A DNA stretch of 64,000 nucleotides from Hydrogenophaga sp. GTDB taxonomy: Bacteria; Pseudomonadota; Gammaproteobacteria; Burkholderiales; Burkholderiaceae_C. The DNA is taken from positions 70,889 to 134,888 of the forward strand of contig NZ_JAKFEO010000015.1 of NCBI RefSeq assembly GCF_036675665.1, read 5' to 3'. The notes under the pieces are model-generated. The model saw nothing but the letters and a program-made list of their open reading frames with translations, ran no database searches and was not told the origin of the DNA. Shown here one piece after another: positions 51,493-58,944 of the stretch (position 1 is its first letter; every line of letters begins with the position of its first letter). The position numbers and the translations under genes were made by a program.

Positions 51493-52491
51493 TCATTGCC
51501 CCGGTCCACGCTCCATCCACACCGGCTCCAGTTCGCGCCACGCGCGCTGCACATTGAAGCCCTGGCGCTGCGCGTAGCCCGCCCAGTTGGCGTACGCAGG
51601 CATGGCGATCAAAGCGCTCTCGCCCGCATGACGACCTTCGTCCATCGCCGCCAGAACGCGCGCGCGCAGCTCGGCGAGGTATGCGCGGGTCGCCACCACC
51701 GCCGGCGGCAGCGCCCCGTCGTCCCAGGTGCTGGACACCGTGTTGCCGATCACATGCCTCGGCCGCAACGCAGCGATGCGGTCCAGCGCCAACAACCACG
51801 CGTCCACCCCACCCTGCGCCAGCTCGGGCAGGCGCTGGTTCACCACCAGCCCGCCGGCCCACACCACGCGGCTGGCCTCGTCCCACAGCACCAGATCGCT
51901 CTCGGTGTGGCCCGGCGCCGGTAGCAGCACACGCAAGGTGTGCGGGCCCACGCGCAGCAGCTCGCCGGACATCAACACGCGGCTGGGCAGCACGATGCCC
52001 GTGCCCGCCATCGCACCCTGACCAGCGCGCTCACCCAGGCTGGCCAGGCAGGCCGGACAACGCTGCCGCATCGCACTGCGCGTGCCTTCGCTGGACAGGA
52101 TCTCCAGCTGGCCCGCCGCCAGCCGGTCGGCAAACGCCGAGTTCGCCAGCACGTTCTCGGCGTGGGCGTGGGTATTGACCACCCAGCGCACCTGCGCGCC
52201 GAAGCGGCAGGCCAGCGAGTCGCGCACACGCAGGCCGTGGCGGTGGCTCGGGCCGGGGTCGATCACCAGGGCTTCACCGCCCGAGACCACCACCGAGGTG
52301 GGCACCACATGACCGGCATTGGCGGCCGATACCTCACCCACCACGTCGGGCGGCCACACCCACACGCCGGGCACCACCGCTTGCCACGGCACCGCGTGGG
52401 CGGCGCTGCAGTCGGGCCTGGGTGCGGTGGAGGCACAGCCCATCAACAGCGCGAGCAAGCCCGCCCCCAACGCGCGGCGCAGGCCGTTCAT
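51493..52491 (-). CDS. metallo-beta-lactamase-fold lipoprotein ('quinoprotein relay system zinc metallohydrolase'-like, member 1)
   Basis: This is the C-terminal 332 aa of tracked ORF 51493..53442(-), with the start at MNGLRRALGAGLLALLMGCAS (lipobox LMGC, cat 52489-52491). Its motif VNTHAHAEN stands in place of the canonical HxHxDH. Confidence 0.8.
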   Translation of the reverse strand: MNGLRRALGAGLLALLMGCASTAPRPDCSAAHAVPWQAVVPGVWVWPPDVVGEVSAANAGHVVPTSVVVSGGEALVIDPGPSHRHGLRVRDSLACRFGAQVRWVVNTHAHAENVLANSAFADRLAAGQLEILSSEGTRSAMRQRCPACLASLGERAGQGAMAGTGIVLPSRVLMSGELLRVGPHTLRVLLPAPGHTESDLVLWDEASRVVWAGGLVVNQRLPELAQGGVDAWLLALDRIAALRPRHVIGNTVSSTWDDGALPPAVVATRAYLAELRARVLAAMDEGRHAGESALIAMPAYANWAGYAQRQGFNVQRAWRELEPVWMERGPGQ

Positions 52492-53582
52492 GCGAGCGCC
52501 CTGCGCACGCTCTTGCGCAGGGCGCTCAGCATGTCGGGCTCGTGGCCCAGATGGCCGCTGTGCGGCTCCACATGCACCACCGCCCCGCCCGCGGCGCGGC
52601 CCAGCGCGGCCCAGCGCCGGCTGTTGGCGGGGGGACAGATCGCGTCGAAGCGGCCGTGCACCCAGTCCACCGGCAGGCCGTGTCGAGCGGCCTGCAACAC
52701 GCCTCGGTCGAGCTGGCCAGAGCGCACGAAACCGCCGTGGCGCAGGTAGTGCGCCTGGATGCGGAATTTGCCCAGCGCGTTGCGGTCGGCGCGGGTTTTC
52801 CCGGGTCTGTTCAGCCGGGCGATGGCACGCTTCTCGGCCTTGCGCAGGCTCGCCCATTCGCGCCGGATCGCCGTCGCCAGGCGCGGTGTGCCCAGCGCCG
52901 CATGCAACAGGCTGCGCCGCTGGCTGCGCGCGGCCGATGCCGTTTCCAGCAATCCCCAGCCGCGCGCGGCGCGCAGCGATGCCACACCGGGTGTCCCACT
53001 TTGAATCAGTTGTGTCAGGCGCTGCAACGCAACAGACAACACGGCACCGGGAAAAACCGGCCACAGTGCGCCCCAGCCGAGCGAGTGCCGCACGCGCGAC
53101 GAGGGCAACAGCAAGCCGCCGAGCTCTCGCGCGCTGAGCGCAAACGCACCGCGCAACACCAGGCGTTGCACACGCAACGGGTGCGCCAGCGTGTAGGCCA
53201 AGGCCACCACCGTGCCCCACGAACCGGCCAGCACCGACCAGCGCTCCAGCCCCAGGTGTTCGCGCAGCGCTTCCATGTCGGCCACCAGCGCGGCCGTGTG
53301 GTTGCCGGCCGTGCGGCCCTTCGGGAGCGAGGCGCCGCAGCCGCGTTGATCGGGCGCCACCACCCGTTGCCGCGACAGGTCGAACGGCCTCAGCATGCCG
53401 GGCTGGCAACTGCTGCCAGGACCACCGTGCAGCAGCAGCCACGACTCACCCTCTGGCGCCCCCACAGCGCGCCAGGCCATGCGGTGCAGGCCGCCCAGCG
53501 GCAGGTGTTGCGGACGTGGCCACGCGGGGCTGGCCACCGGTGGGGGTGGCACAGTTTTCGTGGCATCGATATTGCTATTCAT
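52488..53582 (-). CDS. alpha/beta hydrolase, proline-iminopeptidase-like (S33)
   Basis: Lies inside ORF 52488..53663(-), with the start at MNSNIDATK (cat 53580-53582). It has HGGPGSS (oxyanion), the nucleophile elbow LAGSWGT, and a C-terminal SGHLGH. The ATGA overlap with the downstream MBL gene suggests coupling. Confidence 0.8.
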   Translation of the reverse strand: MNSNIDATKTVPPPPVASPAWPRPQHLPLGGLHRMAWRAVGAPEGESWLLLHGGPGSSCQPGMLRPFDLSRQRVVAPDQRGCGASLPKGRTAGNHTAALVADMEALREHLGLERWSVLAGSWGTVVALAYTLAHPLRVQRLVLRGAFALSARELGGLLLPSSRVRHSLGWGALWPVFPGAVLSVALQRLTQLIQSGTPGVASLRAARGWGLLETASAARSQRRSLLHAALGTPRLATAIRREWASLRKAEKRAIARLNRPGKTRADRNALGKFRIQAHYLRHGGFVRSGQLDRGVLQAARHGLPVDWVHGRFDAICPPANSRRWAALGRAAGGAVVHVEPHSGHLGHEPDMLSALRKSVRRALA

Positions 53583-53657
53583 GAGGGGCGGCTTGTGGCA
53601 ATGGTGCTGGCGAGCTTGCAGACATGTTTCGTGCCAACCCATTATTGGAGACCTTCT

Positions 53658-53732
53658 ATGCAATGGACGACCCCCGCCTTCACCGACCTTCGCTTCGGCT
53701 TTGAAATCACGATGTACATCGCCAACCGCTGA
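53658..53732 (+). CDS. pqqA: pyrroloquinoline quinone precursor peptide PqqA
   Basis: A 24-aa ORF, MQWTTPAFTDLRFGFEITMYIANR, with the conserved E-x3-Y (E16, Y20). GGAG lies 7 nt upstream. It is hidden at the end of the spurious tracked ORF 52422..53732(+). Confidence 0.92.
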   Translation: MQWTTPAFTDLRFGFEITMYIANR

Positions 53733-53751
53733 TCTGCATCACTCGGTTCGG

Positions 53752-53785
53752 GGCGCACGGGTGAACAACGCGTGCGCCTTTTCAT
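53752..53785 (+). terminator. attenuator/terminator hairpin between pqqA and pqqB
   Basis: GGCGCACG-ggtgaacaacg-CGTGCGCC followed by TTTTCATT. Confidence 0.6.
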
Positions 53786-53806
53786 TGCTCTTTCAGGTGT
53801 CCTGAC

Positions 53807-54724
53807 ATGCGCATCCGTGTTCTGGGTTCATCGGCCGGTGGCGGCTTCCCGCAGTGGAACTGCAACTGCCCCAACTGCGACGGCTTGCGCCAGGGTCGCA
53901 TCCGGGCCACCGCGCGCACGCAATCGTCGATCGCCGTCACGGCCAACGGCCTGGACTGGCTGCTGGTCAATGCCTCACCCGACATCCTCACGCAGATCCG
54001 CGACACCCCCGATCTGCAGCCGGCCCGCGCCGTGCGCGACAGCGGCATTGCCGCGGTGCTGCTCATGGACGCGCAGATCGACCACGTGACCGGTCTCATC
54101 ATGCTGCGCGAGCGTGGTTCGAAGCTGCCGTTGCTGGCCACCCCCGAGGTGCTGTCCGACATCTCCAGCGGCTTCCCCATCACCGGCATCCTCTCGCACT
54201 ACTGCGGCGTGGCCACCACCGAACTGCCGTCGGACGGCCGCACCATCACGGTCGACGGCCTGCCCGGCATCGAGATGCAGACCGTGGCCATTGCCTCCAA
54301 GCCACCACCGTATTCACCCTTTCGCGGCAACCCGCGCGCCGGTGACAACATCGGCCTGGTGATCCAGAACCCCGCCACCGGCGCACGCGTGTTCTACGCG
54401 CCCGGCCTGGGCGCCGTCACACCCGAGCTGCTCACCCTCATGGCGAGTTGCTCGGTGTTGCTGGTGGATGGCACTTTCTGGACCGAAGACGAAATGATCA
54501 CGCTCGGCCTCTCGACGAAGAAGGCCGCCGAGATGGGCCACCTGCCGCAAAGCGGCCCGGGCGGAATGATCGAACAGCTGGACCAGCTGCCGCGCTCCAT
54601 CCGCAAGATCCTCATCCACATCAACAACACGAACCCGATGCTGATCGAGGATTCCGCCGAGCGCGCCAAGCTCACCCGCCACGGCATCGAGGTGGCGCGC
54701 GACGGCATGGACATCGTGTTCTGA
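53807..54724 (+). CDS. pqqB: PQQ biosynthesis protein B (MBL fold)
   Basis: A 305-aa ORF starting [28 protein letters not shown]. Confidence 0.93.
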   Translation: MRIRVLGSSAGGGFPQWNCNCPNCDGLRQGRIRATARTQSSIAVTANGLDWLLVNASPDILTQIRDTPDLQPARAVRDSGIAAVLLMDAQIDHVTGLIMLRERGSKLPLLATPEVLSDISSGFPITGILSHYCGVATTELPSDGRTITVDGLPGIEMQTVAIASKPPPYSPFRGNPRAGDNIGLVIQNPATGARVFYAPGLGAVTPELLTLMASCSVLLVDGTFWTEDEMITLGLSTKKAAEMGHLPQSGPGGMIEQLDQLPRSIRKILIHINNTNPMLIEDSAERAKLTRHGIEVARDGMDIVF

Positions 54725-54737
54725 CACCCACCACCCC

Positions 54738-55469
54738 ATGGACATCGCCACCACCCCACGCCCCCTCGCAGGCCTGCCCGCCTGGACACGCGACGAGTTC
54801 GAGGCACAGCTGCGCGACAAGGGCCGCTCGTACCACATCCACCACCCGTTCAACGTGCGCATGAACGCCGGCGGCTGCACGCCCGACGAGCTGCGCTGCT
54901 GGGTGGCCAACCGCTTCTATTACCAACTCTGCATCCCGCGCAAGGACGCCGCCATCCTGGCCAACATGCCCGATCGCGCGCACCGCCGCCTGTGGGTGGA
55001 GCGCATCCTCGACCACGACGGCCATGGCGACTACGAGGGTTCGGCCTGCGGTGGCCTGGAGGCCTGGATCCGGCTGGGCGAAGCGGTGGGCATCGAACGC
55101 GACGACCTGCTCTCGCTCCAAGGTGTGGCGCCCGCCGTGCGCTTTGCCTGCGACGCCTATGTGAACTTCGCAGCCCAGGCACCGTGGCAGGAAGCCGTGT
55201 GCTCATCGCTCACCGAGATGTTCGCCCCGCAGATCCACAAGGACCGTCTCGCCAGCTGGCCCACGCACTACCCCTGGATCGAAGCCGACGGCCTGGGCTA
55301 TTTCCGCAAGCGCATACCGCTGGCCGGGCGCGACGTGGAGCACGGCCTGCAGGTCACGCTGGACCACTTCACCACACGCGCCGCGCAACACCGCGCGCTC
55401 GACATCCTGCAGTTCAAGCTGGACATCCTCTGGAACATGCTGGATGCCATCGAGAAAGCCTGTCAATGA
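54738..55469 (+). CDS. pqqC: pyrroloquinoline-quinone synthase
   Basis: A 243-aa ORF showing [32 protein letters not shown]. Confidence 0.95.
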   Translation: MDIATTPRPLAGLPAWTRDEFEAQLRDKGRSYHIHHPFNVRMNAGGCTPDELRCWVANRFYYQLCIPRKDAAILANMPDRAHRRLWVERILDHDGHGDYEGSACGGLEAWIRLGEAVGIERDDLLSLQGVAPAVRFACDAYVNFAAQAPWQEAVCSSLTEMFAPQIHKDRLASWPTHYPWIEADGLGYFRKRIPLAGRDVEHGLQVTLDHFTTRAAQHRALDILQFKLDILWNMLDAIEKACQ

Positions 55470-55476
55470 ATGAAAG

Positions 55477-55559
55477 CCCCCCTGCGCCGCTTCGCGTCTT
55501 CCCCCCGCAGGGGGACCACACCTGCGGCCTGGCAAAGCCAGTTCCGTGGTGTGTGCTGG
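55477..55559 (+). repeat. double-hairpin intergenic repeat, copy B (inside pqq operon)
   Basis: cccccctgcgccgcttcgcgtcttCCCCCCgcaGGGGGaccacaCCTGCGGCCTGGCaaaGCCAGttCCGTGGtgtgtgctgg. It fills most of the unusual 153-nt gap between pqqC and pqqD. Confidence 0.7.
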
Positions 55560-55622
55560 TCTTGAGACCTCTTCCTGCCCGCTGTATCTGCCGTTTGCCA
55601 GCACTTTGACTTGAGCACCTTC

Positions 55623-55874
55623 ATGAATCATCCCAAGCTCTCGCGCCGTTTCCGCCTGCAGTACGAGGAAGCGCAGACGCGCTGGGTGCTGCTCTACCCC
55701 GAGGGCATGGTGCAGCTCAACGACAGCGCGGCCGAGATCCTCCAGCGCTGCGACGGTGAGCGCAGCGTGGCTGAGATTGTGAGCGAGCTGGAAGCTGCGT
55801 TCTCGGTTCAAGGCCTCACGCCGCAGGTGGAATCTTTGCTGGAAGAAGGAGGTCGCCGTGGCTGGATCGACTGA
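55623..55874 (+). CDS. pqqD: PQQ biosynthesis peptide chaperone PqqD
   Basis: ORF 55611..55874(+), where the tracked start is a TTG. The likelier start is the ATG at 55623, giving MNHPKLSRRFRLQYEEAQTRWVLLYPEGMVQLNDSAAEIL. Confidence 0.85.
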   Translation: MNHPKLSRRFRLQYEEAQTRWVLLYPEGMVQLNDSAAEILQRCDGERSVAEIVSELEAAFSVQGLTPQVESLLEEGGRRGWID

Positions 55875-57027
55875 GTTCGCGCCGGTCTCCGAAGCGCTCG
55901 CCATGCTGGCCGCGAAAACGCACCCGGCCGGCCCACCGCTGTGGCTGCTGGCCGAGCTCACCTACCAGTGCCCGCTGCATTGCGTGTTTTGCTACAACCC
56001 CACGCAACACGCGCACATCAGGAACGAGTTGACCACCGCGCAGTGGGTCGACGTGATGCGCCAGGCGCGCAAGCTCGGTGCCGCGCAGCTCGGCTTCTCG
56101 GGCGGTGAGCCGCTGGTGCGCGACGACCTCGAAGAACTGGTGCAGGAAGCGCACGCGCTGGGCTACTACACCAACCTCATCACCTCCGGCGTGGGCCTGA
56201 ACGAAGCGCGTGCACAGCGTTTGAAGGACGCCGGGCTGGACCACATCCAGCTTTCGTTCCAGGACAGCACGCGCGAGCTCAACGACTTCCTGAGCCACAC
56301 GCGCACCTTCGAGCTCAAGCAGAAGGTGGCACGCCTGATCAAGGCGCACGACTGGCCGATGGTGATGAACTGCGTGCTGCACCGGCACAACCTGCCGCAC
56401 GTGGGCGAGATCATCGAGATGGCGCTCGCGCTCGATGCCGAATACCTCGAACTCGCCAACACGCAGTACTACGGCTGGGCCTGGATCAACCGGGACCACC
56501 TCATGCCCACGCACGAAGCGCTGATCGAGGCCGAGGCCGTGGTCAACCGCTACCGCGAAACCATCGGCCAGCGCTGCAAGCTGCTGTTCGTGGTGCCTGA
56601 CTATTTCGAACAGCGCCCCAAGGCCTGCATGAACGGCTGGGGCTCGGTGTTCCTCTCGGTCGCGCCCGACGGCGTGGCCATGCCCTGCCACAACGCGCGC
56701 GACCTGCCCGGCCTGAAGCTGCCCAACGTGCGCGACATGGCCTTGGCCGACATCTGGCGGAAGAGCCAGGCCTTCAACGCCTTCCGTGGCGAAGACTGGA
56801 TGAAGCCGCCCTGCCGCACCTGCGACGAGCGCCACAAGGACTTTGGCGGCTGCCACTGCCAGGCCTTCCTGATCACCGGCGACGCCACCCAGGCCGACCC
56901 GGTGTGCAGCAAATCACCGCACCACGACAAGGTGGTGCAACTGGTGAAACAGGCACCCGCGCAGCGCCACATTCCCATCGTGTTTCGCGGCGACACCGCG
57001 TCGCGCGCATTGCACCCGCAGGCCTGA
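55858..57027 (+). CDS. pqqE: PQQ biosynthesis radical-SAM enzyme PqqE
   Basis: A 389-aa ORF (GTG start, 17-nt overlap with pqqD). It has the radical-SAM motif CPLHCVFCYN and a C-terminal SPASM Cys cluster. Confidence 0.93.
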   Translation: MAGSTEFAPVSEALAMLAAKTHPAGPPLWLLAELTYQCPLHCVFCYNPTQHAHIRNELTTAQWVDVMRQARKLGAAQLGFSGGEPLVRDDLEELVQEAHALGYYTNLITSGVGLNEARAQRLKDAGLDHIQLSFQDSTRELNDFLSHTRTFELKQKVARLIKAHDWPMVMNCVLHRHNLPHVGEIIEMALALDAEYLELANTQYYGWAWINRDHLMPTHEALIEAEAVVNRYRETIGQRCKLLFVVPDYFEQRPKACMNGWGSVFLSVAPDGVAMPCHNARDLPGLKLPNVRDMALADIWRKSQAFNAFRGEDWMKPPCRTCDERHKDFGGCHCQAFLITGDATQADPVCSKSPHHDKVVQLVKQAPAQRHIPIVFRGDTASRALHPQA

Positions 57028-57102
57028 GCGCCTGGGCATTCGTGCCCTTCGTGGCTTGCCACCCACACATGGCCTGGGCTCGGCGCCGCATGCATGCGCC
57101 AC

Positions 57103-57116
57103 GGCACGCGCATCGC
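57103..57116 (+). promoter_or_regulatory. sigma-54-like promoter candidate upstream of the orphan 573-aa gene
   Basis: GGCACGCGCATCGC corresponds to cGGCACG-N4-TCGC against the consensus TGGCACG-N4-TTGC, with correct GG-N10-GC spacing. It lies 38 nt upstream of the ATG at 57154, leaving a short leader with AAGGAG. Confidence 0.4.
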
Positions 57117-57153
57117 TCCCAAACTGAAAACCCCTCAATTCCAAGGAGTTTTC

Positions 57154-58875
57154 ATGATCGACGGCGCAGAACATTTTCACTACCTCGGCATGGCCCCGCG
57201 ACACCACAGCGTGCTGATGGTGTTTCAGGAAGGTGTGCTCATCCTCGACAGGGACCAGCCGGGCTGGGGCTGCATGTCGCCATTGACACTGGATCGGTTG
57301 ATGTCCGACTCGCCCGCCCATTCACCCTCCGGCTCCCGCTCCGGCAACGGGTCCTCGCGAAGCGACAGCGATGTCATCGACAGCCTCTCCGAAAGCGAGT
57401 TCAGCGCGGACAGCTCCGCCAGCACTTCCTCCTCACGCTCGGGTTCGGCATCGCCGGCCGCATCGCGGCCGGGCAGCCCGGCAACACCCCGCAACGGCCC
57501 GGACGCGCGACCCCATCCAGGGTGGTCCCCGTCCGGGGCGCTTCTGGGCTGGCACCCGTGCGAGGCCGTGGTGCACGTCGGTCCGGTGACCCTCAGGGCC
57601 ATCAACGCCTACAAAGCGCTCCAGGGCCCCGACGAACTTCAGGCCTTCGTGGCGCAGCTCAAGGGCGGCCACTGGAACCCGCAGCCGGTGGGCAGCCCGG
57701 GCGATGCCACGATGGTGGCCTTGCAGATGTTCGGCCAACTGCAGGTGATGCTCTGGGACGGCACCTGGCATGCCGCGGGCAACGTCGAGCACCAGCAACA
57801 AGCCATGACCGCCCAGCACGCCTGCCAGCTGGTGGCGAACTCGGTGGTGGCCCAGGTCTGCAGCCTGGCTCTGGTGCCGCACGCCGAACGCAGCGATTAC
57901 CTCGCCCACGTGCAGTCGGGCGCGATCTCGGTGATGGTCTTCGACCAGGGCCTGCTGGTGCGCTCGCACCCCGACCCCGCGCTGGCGGGCTGGCACGATC
58001 TCGACGACACCACCCGCGGCGCCTTCGTGTCACCAGGCGACGCCAACATGATCGAACTGGCCTGCCGCACGAACTACCCGCGCGAGAACAGCATGTTCCA
58101 GACCTTCTTCATCGGGATGATGGACGTGATATCCGACGAAGGTCCCTTCGTGGCGGCGATCTTTTCGCACAAGACGCGGCGCTGGTCTCACATGCGCCTG
58201 GACATGCCGCATGTGCAGTTGCCGAACGACCCCACAGGCCCCACGCCGGCGGCCGTGATCCAGACCTTGCGGCAGGCACGCCCCGCACCGCTGCACGATC
58301 TGCAATCCTCCAGCGGACCCGTGCGGCTTTCCAGCGGCGCCTGGCAGGTGCCGCTCTTCCTCGGCGCGATCCAGTGCATCGATGCCAGTGTGGACGTGCC
58401 AGGGTTGATCGGCACCCATTGGCACGACACCTTGCAGCCGGTGATCGAACGGCAGTTGGTTGCGCATCACGCACAAGAGGCGGCCTGGCTGGCCAGTGGC
58501 GTGATCAAACAGCCGATCGACCGCCTGATCGACCTCACGCGACGCGACCTGGCCCTGCGCCGGGACGAGGTGTGGGTGATGTGGCCCGTGGAACTGCTCG
58601 ACGATCTCCTGAAGACGCTGGCCCCGCAGGACAAGACACGCGTGATCCACGCCCCCAAGGCCGCCGACGTGGAACTCGCGCTGGGGCAGAAGGCCTGCAC
58701 CTTGTTCGTCTTCCAGACCGCCGGGCAGCCCAGCCAGTCCGTAGCGCTGGCGCAAGGTAACCGATGCTGGAGCGGTCGCGAGCACTTCAGCCTGAAGGAG
58801 CTGAAAGCGCGCGTGACCAAGTCCCTGGCCGGCGGTCCGGGCGAGCATCTGGTGGCGCTGGCCTACGTGGTGTAG
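57154..58875 (+). CDS. orphan hypothetical protein, 573 aa, with Ser-rich disordered segment
   Basis: Lies inside ORF 57094..58875(+). The ATG at 57154 is preceded by AAGGAG 7 nt upstream. Composition is balanced (D, E, K, F, I, M and W present), unlike the competing frames. Residues ~50-120 read SDSPAHSPSGSRSGNGSSRSDSDVIDSLSESEFSADSSASTSSSRSGSASPAASRPGSPATP. No family was recognised. Confidence 0.7.
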   Translation: MIDGAEHFHYLGMAPRHHSVLMVFQEGVLILDRDQPGWGCMSPLTLDRLMSDSPAHSPSGSRSGNGSSRSDSDVIDSLSESEFSADSSASTSSSRSGSASPAASRPGSPATPRNGPDARPHPGWSPSGALLGWHPCEAVVHVGPVTLRAINAYKALQGPDELQAFVAQLKGGHWNPQPVGSPGDATMVALQMFGQLQVMLWDGTWHAAGNVEHQQQAMTAQHACQLVANSVVAQVCSLALVPHAERSDYLAHVQSGAISVMVFDQGLLVRSHPDPALAGWHDLDDTTRGAFVSPGDANMIELACRTNYPRENSMFQTFFIGMMDVISDEGPFVAAIFSHKTRRWSHMRLDMPHVQLPNDPTGPTPAAVIQTLRQARPAPLHDLQSSSGPVRLSSGAWQVPLFLGAIQCIDASVDVPGLIGTHWHDTLQPVIERQLVAHHAQEAAWLASGVIKQPIDRLIDLTRRDLALRRDEVWVMWPVELLDDLLKTLAPQDKTRVIHAPKAADVELALGQKACTLFVFQTAGQPSQSVALAQGNRCWSGREHFSLKELKARVTKSLAGGPGEHLVALAYVV

Positions 58876-58890
58876 GGCCTGAAGGAAACG

Positions 58891-58916
58891 CATCAGCCGC
58901 CCGAGGGCGGCTGATG
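58891..58916. terminator. perfect 11-bp hairpin between convergent genes (bidirectional terminator candidate, no T run)
   Basis: CATCAGCCGCC-cgag-GGCGGCTGATG lies between the stops at 58875 (+) and 58945 (-). Confidence 0.5.
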
Positions 58917-58944
58917 GCATGGGGGACACGGATGCGCAGGTGGG

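Noticed and set aside
51493-53442. A 649-aa version of the MBL gene, and the 621-aa ORF 62105..63970
   Set aside because: The N-terminal extensions overlap the upstream genes in another frame and are Arg/Ala/Gly/Pro junk. Clean signal peptides and coupled starts at 52491 and 63070 define the real genes.
53628-53645. TTGGCACG (-24-like) on the minus strand upstream of the Pip-like hydrolase
   Set aside because: The position 10 nt downstream of the GG reads GT, not GC (TGGCACGAAACATGT). Without a -12 element it is not a credible sigma-54 promoter.
52422-53732. A 436-aa plus-strand ORF ending at the pqqA stop
   Set aside because: Only the last 24 codons (pqqA, with its own GGAG RBS) are credible. 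The rest is antisense to the Pip-like hydrolase and the MBL gene and is Arg/Ala/Pro/Gln-rich.
56904-58760. A 618-aa alternative-frame ORF and the 299-aa antisense ORF (58030..58929) competing with the orphan gene
   Set aside because: Both are extremely Arg/Pro/Gly/Ala-rich with almost no Lys, Ile, Phe or Asn. The 57154..58875 frame has balanced composition and a good RBS.
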